In this document: positions 48,320-56,624 of the stretch, piece after piece
How positions within the stretch are numbered: the first letter of the stretch is position 1
Layout: each line of letters begins with the position of its first letter
IMG/VR virus record: IMGVR_UViG_3300017759_003727
Span: 12,074-76,073 of that record
DNA: 64,000 bases
Origin: a virus
Direction: 5' to 3' (one strand)
The notes under the pieces: generated by a model
Database searches by the model: none
The model's input: the letters and a program-made list of their open reading frames with translations, nothing else
Told to the model about the DNA's origin: nothing
Translations under genes and position numbers: made by a program

Positions 48320-48773
48320 TTACTTTTTTAAAAAATTTTAATTCTTTAGTGTGCTCTGAGCCGATTACTTTTTTATTTTTGTATTCTTCACCAACTACCA
48401 TAGTTTCTGGATTACATTGGTATACAAGTTCTTCTAATTCATCGTCGTTATCAAAAACAACAACTGTATCTACGTATTTTAGAGATAGTAACATTTCTTT
48501 TCTGTCCTCTTCTGTGTTGATAGGTCTAGATTCTCCTTTGAGTTTTTTAACTCGAGAATCTGAATCTATACCAACAACTAGGTGTGGTGCAAAGCTTTTA
48601 GCATATTTAAAAAGTCTAATATGACCAATATGCAATACATCAAAACATCCGTTTACAAAAACTTTACTTTGATCATAATAGTTAACAGGGATTCGCGGAT
48701 TACCCCCATATTTGGTTTTTTCCGCTTCGACAAAAGCTTTTTCTGTATGCGAAAACTGTCTTTTCTTTCTCAT
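48273..48773 (-). CDS. Nucleotidyltransferase (RfaE2/HldC- or TagD-like)
   Basis: VFVNGCFDVLHIGH (HxGH); VGIDSDSRVKKLKGESRPIN; GYSTT. Confidence 0.88.
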   Translation of the reverse strand: MRKKRQFSHTEKAFVEAEKTKYGGNPRIPVNYYDQSKVFVNGCFDVLHIGHIRLFKYAKSFAPHLVVGIDSDSRVKKLKGESRPINTEEDRKEMLLSLKYVDTVVVFDNDDELEELVYQCNPETMVVGEEYKNKKVIGSEHTKELKFFKKVNGYSTTSTLQNLTDR

Positions 48774-48782
48774 TTATACGCA

Positions 48783-48810
48783 ATACTAATGCATATAACT
48801 AAAAAGTCAA
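48783..48810 (-). promoter_or_regulatory. Sigma70-type promoter TTGACT-N16-TAGTAT at the head of the glycosylation island
   Basis: Lies in the 44-nt gap upstream of the first island gene; ATG 9 nt downstream. Confidence 0.6.
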
Positions 48811-48817
48811 TCTATTT

Positions 48818-49003
48818 TTAAGTCTTTCTGTGCTCTCTCCAGTCTTTTCTATGTAATCTGACCCATGTTAATAAAGCTTTTTCAAAACCTATATCTTCTT
48901 GGGCTTTTTGTGATTCTATCCACTTAAGTTTTAATATTTCTTCTCTTTCCGCTAAGAACTCTTGATAAAGAGTAGATCCTGTGGCGAAATGACTAGACAT
49001 CAA
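48818..49003 (-). CDS. DUF4032-like small protein
   Basis: STLYQEFLAEREEILKLKWIESQKAQEDIGFEKALLTW matches my recollection of a Verrucomicrobia-typical family. Confidence 0.7.
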   Translation of the reverse strand: MMSSHFATGSTLYQEFLAEREEILKLKWIESQKAQEDIGFEKALLTWVRLHRKDWREHRKT

Positions 49004-49989
49004 TAACCTTCTTCTTCGATAACTTGAGCTTCGGAAAGTTGGGGATAAATATCAAGAAGTGAAGCATCTGATGATAATTCTGCTTCTACTTTTTTGCCAG
49101 CTCTCCATTGTTTGCAAGACCAATATCTGGCTTTGTATTTGGGGCCAGGATTTGTATCGCATTTGTGTCTAGCTCTAAATGATTTACGACGTTCTGGATC
49201 ATCTCTTTTGATTTCCATATTTGGGTCACCAAAAGTAACTTTAACTACATTACCTTTATCGTTTTTTACATAAACACCAAATTTTTTCTTAGACCCCTTA
49301 GGTAATCTAAATGGTTTATTTAAAGTTTTAGCTTCAGCGCTATCTATATCAAATATTGATATACCTTCTTCTTCTAAAATTTCAGAAACAGTTGAGCCTA
49401 TGGAAAGTAAATCTATTTTTGCTAGTGCAAATTCTATTTTTGAAATATCTTTATTTTCTTGAAAATCTCCAGGACTCCATGTTTCTGCCTGTAATTCAAT
49501 GAAAGGAAGTTCTTCTTCTGAAGCTCTAGCAACATCTTGGTCAGCTTTACGATATGATTCCTTAACTTTGCCGCCTCTCATCATTTTGAGAAACATATTA
49601 ACTCTAGCCATGGCCCAGGCAGCTCTAGACTGACCTGGCCTATGTGATGAAGAAAATGCACCAAGACCCCTTCTGTAGACCTTCTTAAGCATACCTAGAG
49701 TCACTTTTCTAGAATGTTTTTCATTGTGCTCTTTAACCTTGTTTTTAAGGGAGGTGGTGACTTTTTCACTGAAAGTTATTTTACCCTTGGCTTCTTTAAC
49801 CAAGTCTTTTTCGTCCTGTCTCTTTAGGATTTTTTTTGATTTTTGTTTGGAGTCTGGAGAAGTGCCAGCGGAGCCAGGCTCATTCTTAGAAGAGCCTTTC
49901 TTTTTTTCTTCTGGTTTTGCTGGTGTTTGTGCAGAACTTTTCGGTCCTGGTCTACCTGCTACAATCTCATTTGTAAAATCTAACTCCAT
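49000..49989 (-). CDS. Late protein with DUF5824-like and DUF5754-like domains
   Basis: LKKVYRRGLGAFSSSHRPGQSRAAWAMARVN; KVTFGD...RRKSFRARHKC...ARYWSC; GTGTAA 8 nt upstream. Confidence 0.6.
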   Translation of the reverse strand: MELDFTNEIVAGRPGPKSSAQTPAKPEEKKKGSSKNEPGSAGTSPDSKQKSKKILKRQDEKDLVKEAKGKITFSEKVTTSLKNKVKEHNEKHSRKVTLGMLKKVYRRGLGAFSSSHRPGQSRAAWAMARVNMFLKMMRGGKVKESYRKADQDVARASEEELPFIELQAETWSPGDFQENKDISKIEFALAKIDLLSIGSTVSEILEEEGISIFDIDSAEAKTLNKPFRLPKGSKKKFGVYVKNDKGNVVKVTFGDPNMEIKRDDPERRKSFRARHKCDTNPGPKYKARYWSCKQWRAGKKVEAELSSDASLLDIYPQLSEAQVIEEEGY

Positions 49990-49997
49990 GGTATTAT

Positions 49998-50588
49998 TTA
50001 CACATTTTTAAGTTTAAATATATATTTTAATTGATTATTTGGTGAAATTTCTTCTGCAAAGAGAAAATATGGAGACAGAATACTAAAAAGAACCTCAAAT
50101 TCTATTTTTTTACTTATTCCTAATTTATTGAATTGAGCTTTTATTTCTATTTCTTTTATTTTAGTTTTATTAAAATTTATACCTTTTATAACCTCAGATT
50201 CATAACCTTCAACATTTAAATACAGTTTTTCTATTTCTAGTATGTTTATTTCTTCTAGTATTGCTTGCAGTGTAGATGCTGAACATTTATGTTTTTTAGC
50301 AGAATGTATTTCTATTTGTTCGCTTACAAAATCTTCTTTTACATCTAAAACGCTACATTGCTCTAGGGAATGTTTTTCGTTTAAAATTATATAATTATCT
50401 TTATACTCTGAAGAAACTAACGCTTTGTTGATTAAAATATTTTTCTCTGTTCTGTTTTGTTTTAATCTATCAAATGAATATGGGTGGGGTTCGATCAGTA
50501 TACAACATATGTCTTCATAACTATCACACCAAGAAGTGACGCCTTGAAACAAGCCATCCTGGGCACCAGCTTCTATTACATAATGCAT
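49998..50588 (-). CDS. FkbM-family methyltransferase
   Basis: VIEAGAQDG; ILIEPH; INKALVS; LYLNVEGYESEVIKG. Confidence 0.8.
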   Translation of the reverse strand: MHYVIEAGAQDGLFQGVTSWCDSYEDICCILIEPHPYSFDRLKQNRTEKNILINKALVSSEYKDNYIILNEKHSLEQCSVLDVKEDFVSEQIEIHSAKKHKCSASTLQAILEEINILEIEKLYLNVEGYESEVIKGINFNKTKIKEIEIKAQFNKLGISKKIEFEVLFSILSPYFLFAEEISPNNQLKYIFKLKNV

Positions 50589-50875
50589 TAGCCCCAAAGA
50601 TTATAAGCTATAATACCTGCAATTGCAGTAAGCAAACCGCTAATAAAAATCCAAGATAGTTTATTAAATGTAGTCATGAAAGCCTTTGTTTCTCCAACAG
50701 TTCTTTCCATTTCCATCATTCTTGAATTCATATCATCTATTTTTTTGAACAATACATCTGTAAGTGTGCCTAATTGAATTAGTTTTTCTTCAGCTCTAGC
50801 GATTGAAATAACAGCATCAGATAGTTTGTCTATCTTCTCCTCCATTCTCGTTAATCTATCTTCATTTTCGGACAT
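50588..50875 (-). CDS. Coiled coil plus C-terminal TM protein (XhlA/holin-like)
   Basis: RLTRMEEKIDKL...WIFISGLLTAIAGIIAYNLWG; GTGTAA 9 nt upstream. Confidence 0.6.
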   Translation of the reverse strand: MSENEDRLTRMEEKIDKLSDAVISIARAEEKLIQLGTLTDVLFKKIDDMNSRMMEMERTVGETKAFMTTFNKLSWIFISGLLTAIAGIIAYNLWG

Positions 50876-50893
50876 TAAAATGTTTTACACTTA

Positions 50894-52564
50894 TTAACCC
50901 TCGCATGATGAACATTCTAATAAATTTCTACTTAATTCTTGAGATGGATTTGTTCCTCTTTGATAGTACAAAGTTTTAACACCCTGTTCCCATGCAAAGA
51001 TCATAAGTTGACTCACGTCTTTAGGGGAAGATTTTGGATGCACCATGATATTCAAGCTCTGAGATTGGTCAATAAACTTTTGACGTTGTGCGGCTTGAAT
51101 TATAACTTCTTTTTGGCTAATTTCACCAAAAGTTTTATATACAGCTTTTTCTTCATCCGTTAAAAAATCTAAATGTTGTACTGATCCACCTTTTACTAGA
51201 ATTGATTTCCATATTTGTGGAGTATTTTTTTCTTTTTCTTCTAATAAAGACTCCAAATAAGGGTTCTTATATGTGAATTTTCCTTTAGCTAAGTCTTTAA
51301 CAAAGTAATTAGAATTTAAGGGCTCGATACTTGGAGAAACTTGACCTAAAATAAAAGAGCTTGAAGTTGTTGGAGCAATAGCCATTGTGGTTACATTTCT
51401 AACACCATATCCTTTTAATAAAGAAGGTTCGCCATAAACTTTAGCGAGTTCTTTTGTCGCATATTGAGTTTTTTCTTGAATTGTTTTATGAATTTCTGAA
51501 TTTAATAATTTAGCTTCAAAAGATTCAAAGGCAATTGATTTTGATTGTAATAAAGAATGCCAACCTAGCACGCCTATTCCTAAAGCTCTTTGATTTTTAG
51601 CAAAGTTTCTAGGGGCTTCCATAAATGGTAAATTTTTACATTTATCTATAAATTCTGTCATAACTGCATCTAGAAAATATGTTAATATTTCTGGTGCGTC
51701 TGTATCTTTCCAGTCGTCATAATGAAGTAAATTCATTGAAGATAGATTACAAACAAAAGACTCATCCTTGTTTGAATGCAAAGCTATTTCAGAACAAAGA
51801 TTACTAGCATATATTTCTAAGCCTTTATCTTGATATACTGGAGGCGCATTTCTGTTCATGGCATTTTTAAAGAAGACGTAAGGATAACCGCTTTCAAATC
51901 TTTTTTTGATTATCGATCCCCAAATTTTTCTTTTATCTTTATCTCCAGCAAGCATTTCTTTCATCCATGTATCGCTAATGGTTACCCCGATAGAAAGATT
52001 TTGAATAGCGTTACCGTCACTTCTTATCTGTAAAAATTCTAATATATCTGGATGTTCTACTGGTAAATAAGCAGCGAAACTACCTCTGCGGACATTGCTT
52101 TGAGAGACGACATTTGCCACCGTTTCAAAAATTTCCAGAAAATGAACTGGGCCATTTGATTTACCACCACTACTTATTTCGGCACCTCTTTCTCGAAGCT
52201 CTCCAAAATATCCAGAAGTGCCTCCACCGTTTTTAGTCATCATACCTACTTCAGTGCTTTTCTTTAATATTTCTTCCATTTTATCTTCCACAAAGGAACC
52301 AAAGCAAGAAATAGGGAGACCTCTGTCTTTACCAAAATTAGCCCAAATTGGAGATGATAAAGAATACCACCCCTTGGCCATATAGCTTTGAAACTTTTCA
52401 GAAAACCCAGGAATAGATAAAAGGCTTTGTGCTTTGTCAGCAATAACTTTTATTCTTTCTTCTGGAGTCTCTCCTTCTTCTAGGTAACCTCTTTTTAGGA
52501 AAGTTCTAGAATCTTTGTTTAACCAATAAAAATCTTTCATATTAAAATAAATCGTCTTCGTCAA
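50894..52564 (-). CDS. nrdA: Class I ribonucleotide reductase alpha subunit, short form without ATP cone (NrdAi-like)
   Basis: LPISCF; GGGTSG; ASNLCSE; FVCNLSS; MAIAPTTSSS; KTLYYQR. Confidence 0.93.
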   Translation of the reverse strand: MTKTIYFNMKDFYWLNKDSRTFLKRGYLEEGETPEERIKVIADKAQSLLSIPGFSEKFQSYMAKGWYSLSSPIWANFGKDRGLPISCFGSFVEDKMEEILKKSTEVGMMTKNGGGTSGYFGELRERGAEISSGGKSNGPVHFLEIFETVANVVSQSNVRRGSFAAYLPVEHPDILEFLQIRSDGNAIQNLSIGVTISDTWMKEMLAGDKDKRKIWGSIIKKRFESGYPYVFFKNAMNRNAPPVYQDKGLEIYASNLCSEIALHSNKDESFVCNLSSMNLLHYDDWKDTDAPEILTYFLDAVMTEFIDKCKNLPFMEAPRNFAKNQRALGIGVLGWHSLLQSKSIAFESFEAKLLNSEIHKTIQEKTQYATKELAKVYGEPSLLKGYGVRNVTTMAIAPTTSSSFILGQVSPSIEPLNSNYFVKDLAKGKFTYKNPYLESLLEEKEKNTPQIWKSILVKGGSVQHLDFLTDEEKAVYKTFGEISQKEVIIQAAQRQKFIDQSQSLNIMVHPKSSPKDVSQLMIFAWEQGVKTLYYQRGTNPSQELSRNLLECSSCEG

Positions 52565-53513
52565 ATGATTTGTCTTTTTTAGAATATTCGACAGGACGCT
52601 TGAAGAAAAAGTCAGTGGCGGAATTGCCTAAAACATCTTCATCAAACCACATAGTAAGGTTTATTTTATCTTTGTCAACATCAAAAACCTTATCAAAGCC
52701 AATTTGTTCTAAAGATTCATTTAATCTATTTTTTATAAATTCTTTTAATATATCAGCATTTAATCCCTCTCTATCGTAATCGCCAATAATCCAATCGATA
52801 ATATTAGACTCTGCCTCAAATGCACATTGAGCTTCTTCCTTAAGTCTATCTGGTAAGTCGGCGTTGAATAATTCTGGATATTCTTCTCTTAATGTATTGA
52901 GAATTTTTGTCCCAACCAGACCGTGAATATTTTCCTCGCGACTTGTATAAGCTACTTGTTGAGCTGTATCTTTTAGCACATTATCGAATCTGTTAAACCA
53001 ATTAATGATATAGAACTGGCTAAATAGCGATACATTTTCTACAAAAAGAGTAAACAAAATCATAGAATATATATATTGTTTTTTGTCATCCTTGTAGCAT
53101 TTTTCTAGGTATTTTTTTAAGTAGTCAATACGACCCTTAATAATTGGTAATTTTAGGTTTTCCTCAAAAACATCCTCTAGCTCTAGAACACTCAAAAGGC
53201 GCTCATAAGCATTATTATGTATAACCTCAATATTGGCCATTACATAGCCAAGGTCAGTAATACCTGGATGGGGTAAATGATTCCCGAGATTTGCCCAAAA
53301 TTTCTTTACAGAAACCTCTACTTGACCAATAGCAGATAGAGTCCTTTTGACTATTTCTCTCTCTTGATCATTGAGATTTACCTTAAAATCCTGCACGTCA
53401 GATTGGAAATTAAATTCCTTGTCAGTCCAGAAGCCATTATGCATGGCGTTTACAAATTCATCCGTCCACGGGTAGAGATTTGGTTTTCTTGATACTTGTT
53501 CCTCGAATAGCAT
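52542..53513 (-). CDS. nrdB: Class I ribonucleotide reductase beta subunit (class Id-like)
   Basis: IGQVEVSVKKFW; EVIHNNAY; FVENVSLFSQF; SREENIH; FFFKRPVEY. Confidence 0.93.
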   Translation of the reverse strand: MLFEEQVSRKPNLYPWTDEFVNAMHNGFWTDKEFNFQSDVQDFKVNLNDQEREIVKRTLSAIGQVEVSVKKFWANLGNHLPHPGITDLGYVMANIEVIHNNAYERLLSVLELEDVFEENLKLPIIKGRIDYLKKYLEKCYKDDKKQYIYSMILFTLFVENVSLFSQFYIINWFNRFDNVLKDTAQQVAYTSREENIHGLVGTKILNTLREEYPELFNADLPDRLKEEAQCAFEAESNIIDWIIGDYDREGLNADILKEFIKNRLNESLEQIGFDKVFDVDKDKINLTMWFDEDVLGNSATDFFFKRPVEYSKKDKSFDEDDLF

Positions 53514-53741
53514 ATGTAATAAGAATTTACACCGTGATTTGAATTAGTCAAGCTTTTTAGGTAAAAAATAAAAAATATTTTTTTTACTTGATTTTTGTAA
53601 GTTTCGATGTATAATAAGTTCTATATTGAGCGAGACCGAAGGGGGAGCGAAATATATATTAGTATTTATATATATATAAATTATATAAAATATATAAAAA
53701 AAGTATTGACATTCTTTCAGAAGTGTCATACATTAATTTTT
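53514..53741. promoter_or_regulatory. Divergent control region with three sigma70-like promoters and a 50-nt AT tract
   Basis: Minus TTGACT-16-TAAATT (53551-53524); plus TTGATT-16-TATAAT (53588-53615); plus TTGACA-17-TACATT (53706-53734); 53651-53700 has a single G. Confidence 0.75.
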
Positions 53742-54035
53742 ATGTTAATTAAATTAGATGGAGAAGACTTAAATTTCTACTTATGCAGCAGTTCCGATTG
53801 GAGTATAGTTGTCTTAGCAGAAGATGAGAGAACTGCAGCTTCAGTATCTTTAAAGAAGATTATATCTGAACTGGAATTAGATGCAAATGTTTCAGCAGCT
53901 ATTAGAGTAAAGAAAATAGATGAAAGACTTGAAAATTCAGATTTTCTAATTAGAATGGATGAAACGCTTTCCGACATAGGAATGCATAAGGAATCAAAAG
54001 CATTAAGAGAGATATTAGATAATGATAGGTATTAG
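53742..54035 (+). CDS. Hypothetical protein
   Basis: Start MLIKLDG 7 nt after TACATT; the in-frame extension to 53607 is low-complexity and overlaps promoters. Confidence 0.7.
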   Translation: MLIKLDGEDLNFYLCSSSDWSIVVLAEDERTAASVSLKKIISELELDANVSAAIRVKKIDERLENSDFLIRMDETLSDIGMHKESKALREILDNDRY

Positions 54036-54588
54036 TGGAATAGCCAGGTCTGGAAAAGACACATTAGCAAAAAGCTTTAAAAGAATAATTGAGCAAAAAT
54101 TAGAACTTGATGTAGAAATCATATCACTAGCTAATCAGCTCAAAGAAGACTTAGATGATTTAATTATTAAAAATTTTGGATTTTCTGCTTTTTCGGATAA
54201 TACGAAAGAAAAGAATCTAATAAGGCCTATTCTTGTTTCTTATGGAGAGTGTATGAAAGAAAAATTCGGAAACCATGTTTGGGTTGAAAAATTAATGGAC
54301 AAAAGAGATAAAGATAAGTTTACAATTGTACCAGATATTAGATTTGATTTTGAAGCTATATTTTTTGCAGAAAAATTAAACGCAGAAATAATTCATATTT
54401 CTTTAGAGGGCAATGATTATGTTAACGATATAGAGAAGGTGAATGATCCACTTGTTCAAGAATTATCAAATATAAAACATACTTGGCCAGTCTTACACCC
54501 AGATCAAGTTGAATTATGTGATGCTCATGCAGATATATTATTACAAATGATGCCAGATTATAAAATAGAAAAATGGAAGACGATATAA
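54022..54588 (+). CDS. Deoxynucleoside monophosphate kinase
   Basis: MIGISGIARSGKDT; LANQLKE; RPILVSYG; IVPDIRF. Confidence 0.85.
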   Translation: MIGISGIARSGKDTLAKSFKRIIEQKLELDVEIISLANQLKEDLDDLIIKNFGFSAFSDNTKEKNLIRPILVSYGECMKEKFGNHVWVEKLMDKRDKDKFTIVPDIRFDFEAIFFAEKLNAEIIHISLEGNDYVNDIEKVNDPLVQELSNIKHTWPVLHPDQVELCDAHADILLQMMPDYKIEKWKTI

Positions 54589-55154
54589 ATTTAATAAATC
54601 AAGTAAAATCTAAAAAAGATAACGATTCCCTAAGGGAATTAATCAATAGACATTCTGGTATATATGTTGATATGGTCAACAAGTACATGCCAGAATCTAT
54701 TGAAGGTAATCATAGGCAAGATATATTAGATGAAAAAAATTATTCAATATACGATGCTGTTATAAAATTTGATGAATCAAAAAACGCTAAACTAAGTACA
54801 TATGTAGGCAACATAGCAAAATGGAAGTGTTTAAATATTTATAATAAAAATAAAAAATTTCCACATAACTCTTTATTTAATGATGATAAACCTTCTGATA
54901 GAATTGATCACGAAAACTTCATCGTTCAACCAGACATAAGTAAAATAGAAAACACAGAAAATTTAAACAAAATATATAAATTTGTAAGTAAAGCAAAAGA
55001 CCCAAGAGTTAAAAAGATATTTAAAATGCGTTATTCTAAAGGCAATAAAACAACACCTTGGAAAAAAATTGCGAAAAAGCTTGACTTATCAATTCAAGGA
55101 TGTATAAATATACACAATAACTATTTAAAGGAGATCAAAAAATATGTTCAATAA
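54573..55154 (+). CDS. Phage RNA polymerase sigma factor (sigma70 family, regions 2 and 4)
   Basis: DSLRELINRHSGIY...IYDAVIKFDESKNAKLSTYV (region 2); IFKMRY...WKKIAKKLDLSIQGCINI (region 4 HTH). Confidence 0.85.
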   Translation: MEDDINLINQVKSKKDNDSLRELINRHSGIYVDMVNKYMPESIEGNHRQDILDEKNYSIYDAVIKFDESKNAKLSTYVGNIAKWKCLNIYNKNKKFPHNSLFNDDKPSDRIDHENFIVQPDISKIENTENLNKIYKFVSKAKDPRVKKIFKMRYSKGNKTTPWKKIAKKLDLSIQGCINIHNNYLKEIKKYVQ

Positions 55155-55506
55155 ATCAATAATCATGGGTAATCTCGCAAGAGATCCAGACAATAAGAAG
55201 GTTGGAGACAACCAAGTGACACGGTTAGTAGTAGCCGTTAATGATGTAGTGAAGAAAGATAAAGCTCATTACATTGATGTAGAAACGTGGAACAAGACCG
55301 CTGAAAACTGCGCTAAATACTTAGCGAAGGGGCGTAAGGTTCTAGTAGAGGGTCGTTTATTCCAAGATATTTGGGAAAAAGACGGTAAGAAAAATTCTAA
55401 AATTTACATTAAGGCTGACAATGTTCAGTTTCTTGGTGGAAAACAAGATGGTGAGGCAAAGCAGCAAGCTGCGCCAGTTGGAGCGGATGAAGATATTCCA
55501 TTCTAA
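55144..55506 (+). CDS. ssb: Single-stranded DNA-binding protein
   Basis: NKSIIMGNLARDP; IDVETWNKTAE; GRKVLVEGRL; acidic tail DEDIPF. Confidence 0.95.
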   Translation: MFNKSIIMGNLARDPDNKKVGDNQVTRLVVAVNDVVKKDKAHYIDVETWNKTAENCAKYLAKGRKVLVEGRLFQDIWEKDGKKNSKIYIKADNVQFLGGKQDGEAKQQAAPVGADEDIPF

Positions 55507-56589
55507 ATGAATTTAGAAGCTCCAATTAATTCACTTTCCTTCGGGAATGTTACCTATAACATCCTCCGCCAATTCTGGCGGAAGGGTGTTAACCTTTCTT
55601 TATTTCCTATAGGTGGAAATTTAGACATTACTGCCTATAAAGATACTATTGATTTAGAATTTGGCAAATGGATCAGCGAAAGCGCGAACAACGCTAATAT
55701 AAATTTAGATCCAGATGCACCTGCCTTTAAACTATGGCATTTAAATGGTTCTCAATCAAGAATCGGAAAAAAACAATTATTGTATACATTTTATGAATTA
55801 GATGAACCTACAGAATCTGAAGTAAATCTAGCAAAATTCCAAACAAAAACTATTTTTTCATCAAAATATGCATCCGATCAATTTAAAAAATTTGGAGTTG
55901 ATTGTGACCATATTCCAATTGGATTTGATGAAGATTTCCATAAAACAGATAAAAAATATCTTGACCCAGAAATTATACATTTTGGTTTAATGGGCAAATT
56001 TGAAAAACGTAAACACACAGAACGAATCATAAAGCTTTGGTTATCAAAGTATGGCAATAATAGAAAATACCAATTAAGTATTTGTGTTACTAATCCATTT
56101 ATAAACAATGAAGAAATGAACAATATACTTTCAAATATTTTCCAAGGTAAAGGTTATTGTAATGTTAATGTACTGCCTTATCTTAAGACAAATTCAGAGG
56201 TTAATGATTTTTTAAATGCAATTGATATTGATTTAACTGGACTTAGCGGTGCAGAAGGTTGGAATCTTCCAGCTTTTAATGCTACATGTCTTGGTAAATG
56301 GAGTCTTGTTTTAAATGAAACATCCCACAAAGATTGGGCTAACGAAGATAATTCAATTTTAATTAATTCATCTGGGAAAGAACCTTGTTATGATGGTCAT
56401 TTTTTTACTCAAGGTTCCGCCTATAATCAAGGAAATATATATACATGGAACAGCGACATTGTGTCTCAAGCTATGGACAAAGCTGTCTCTAAAAAGGGAC
56501 AAATTAACACAGCTGGAGAGTCCTTAAAGGACAAATTTTCTTACGAAAAAACCGCAACCCGCTTACTTACTGAGCTAGAAGCTATTTAG
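55507..56589 (+). CDS. GT4-like glycosyltransferase
   Basis: FGLMGKFEKRKHTE; LTGLSGAEGWNLPAFNA. Confidence 0.75.
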   Translation: MNLEAPINSLSFGNVTYNILRQFWRKGVNLSLFPIGGNLDITAYKDTIDLEFGKWISESANNANINLDPDAPAFKLWHLNGSQSRIGKKQLLYTFYELDEPTESEVNLAKFQTKTIFSSKYASDQFKKFGVDCDHIPIGFDEDFHKTDKKYLDPEIIHFGLMGKFEKRKHTERIIKLWLSKYGNNRKYQLSICVTNPFINNEEMNNILSNIFQGKGYCNVNVLPYLKTNSEVNDFLNAIDIDLTGLSGAEGWNLPAFNATCLGKWSLVLNETSHKDWANEDNSILINSSGKEPCYDGHFFTQGSAYNQGNIYTWNSDIVSQAMDKAVSKKGQINTAGESLKDKFSYEKTATRLLTELEAI

Positions 56590-56624
56590 CATTATTGGCA
56601 CAGCAATTGCAAATAAATAAGCCT

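Noticed and set aside
24568-53513. Inteins or group I introns in dnaE, dnaB, recA or nrdAB
   Set aside because: Lengths and motif spacing are uninterrupted; no intein termini or homing-endonuclease insert seen
53607-53741. N-terminal extension of ORF 53607-54035 and antisense ORF 53544-53729
   Set aside because: Translation of an AT tract (IYISIYIYINYIKY) overlapping promoter boxes
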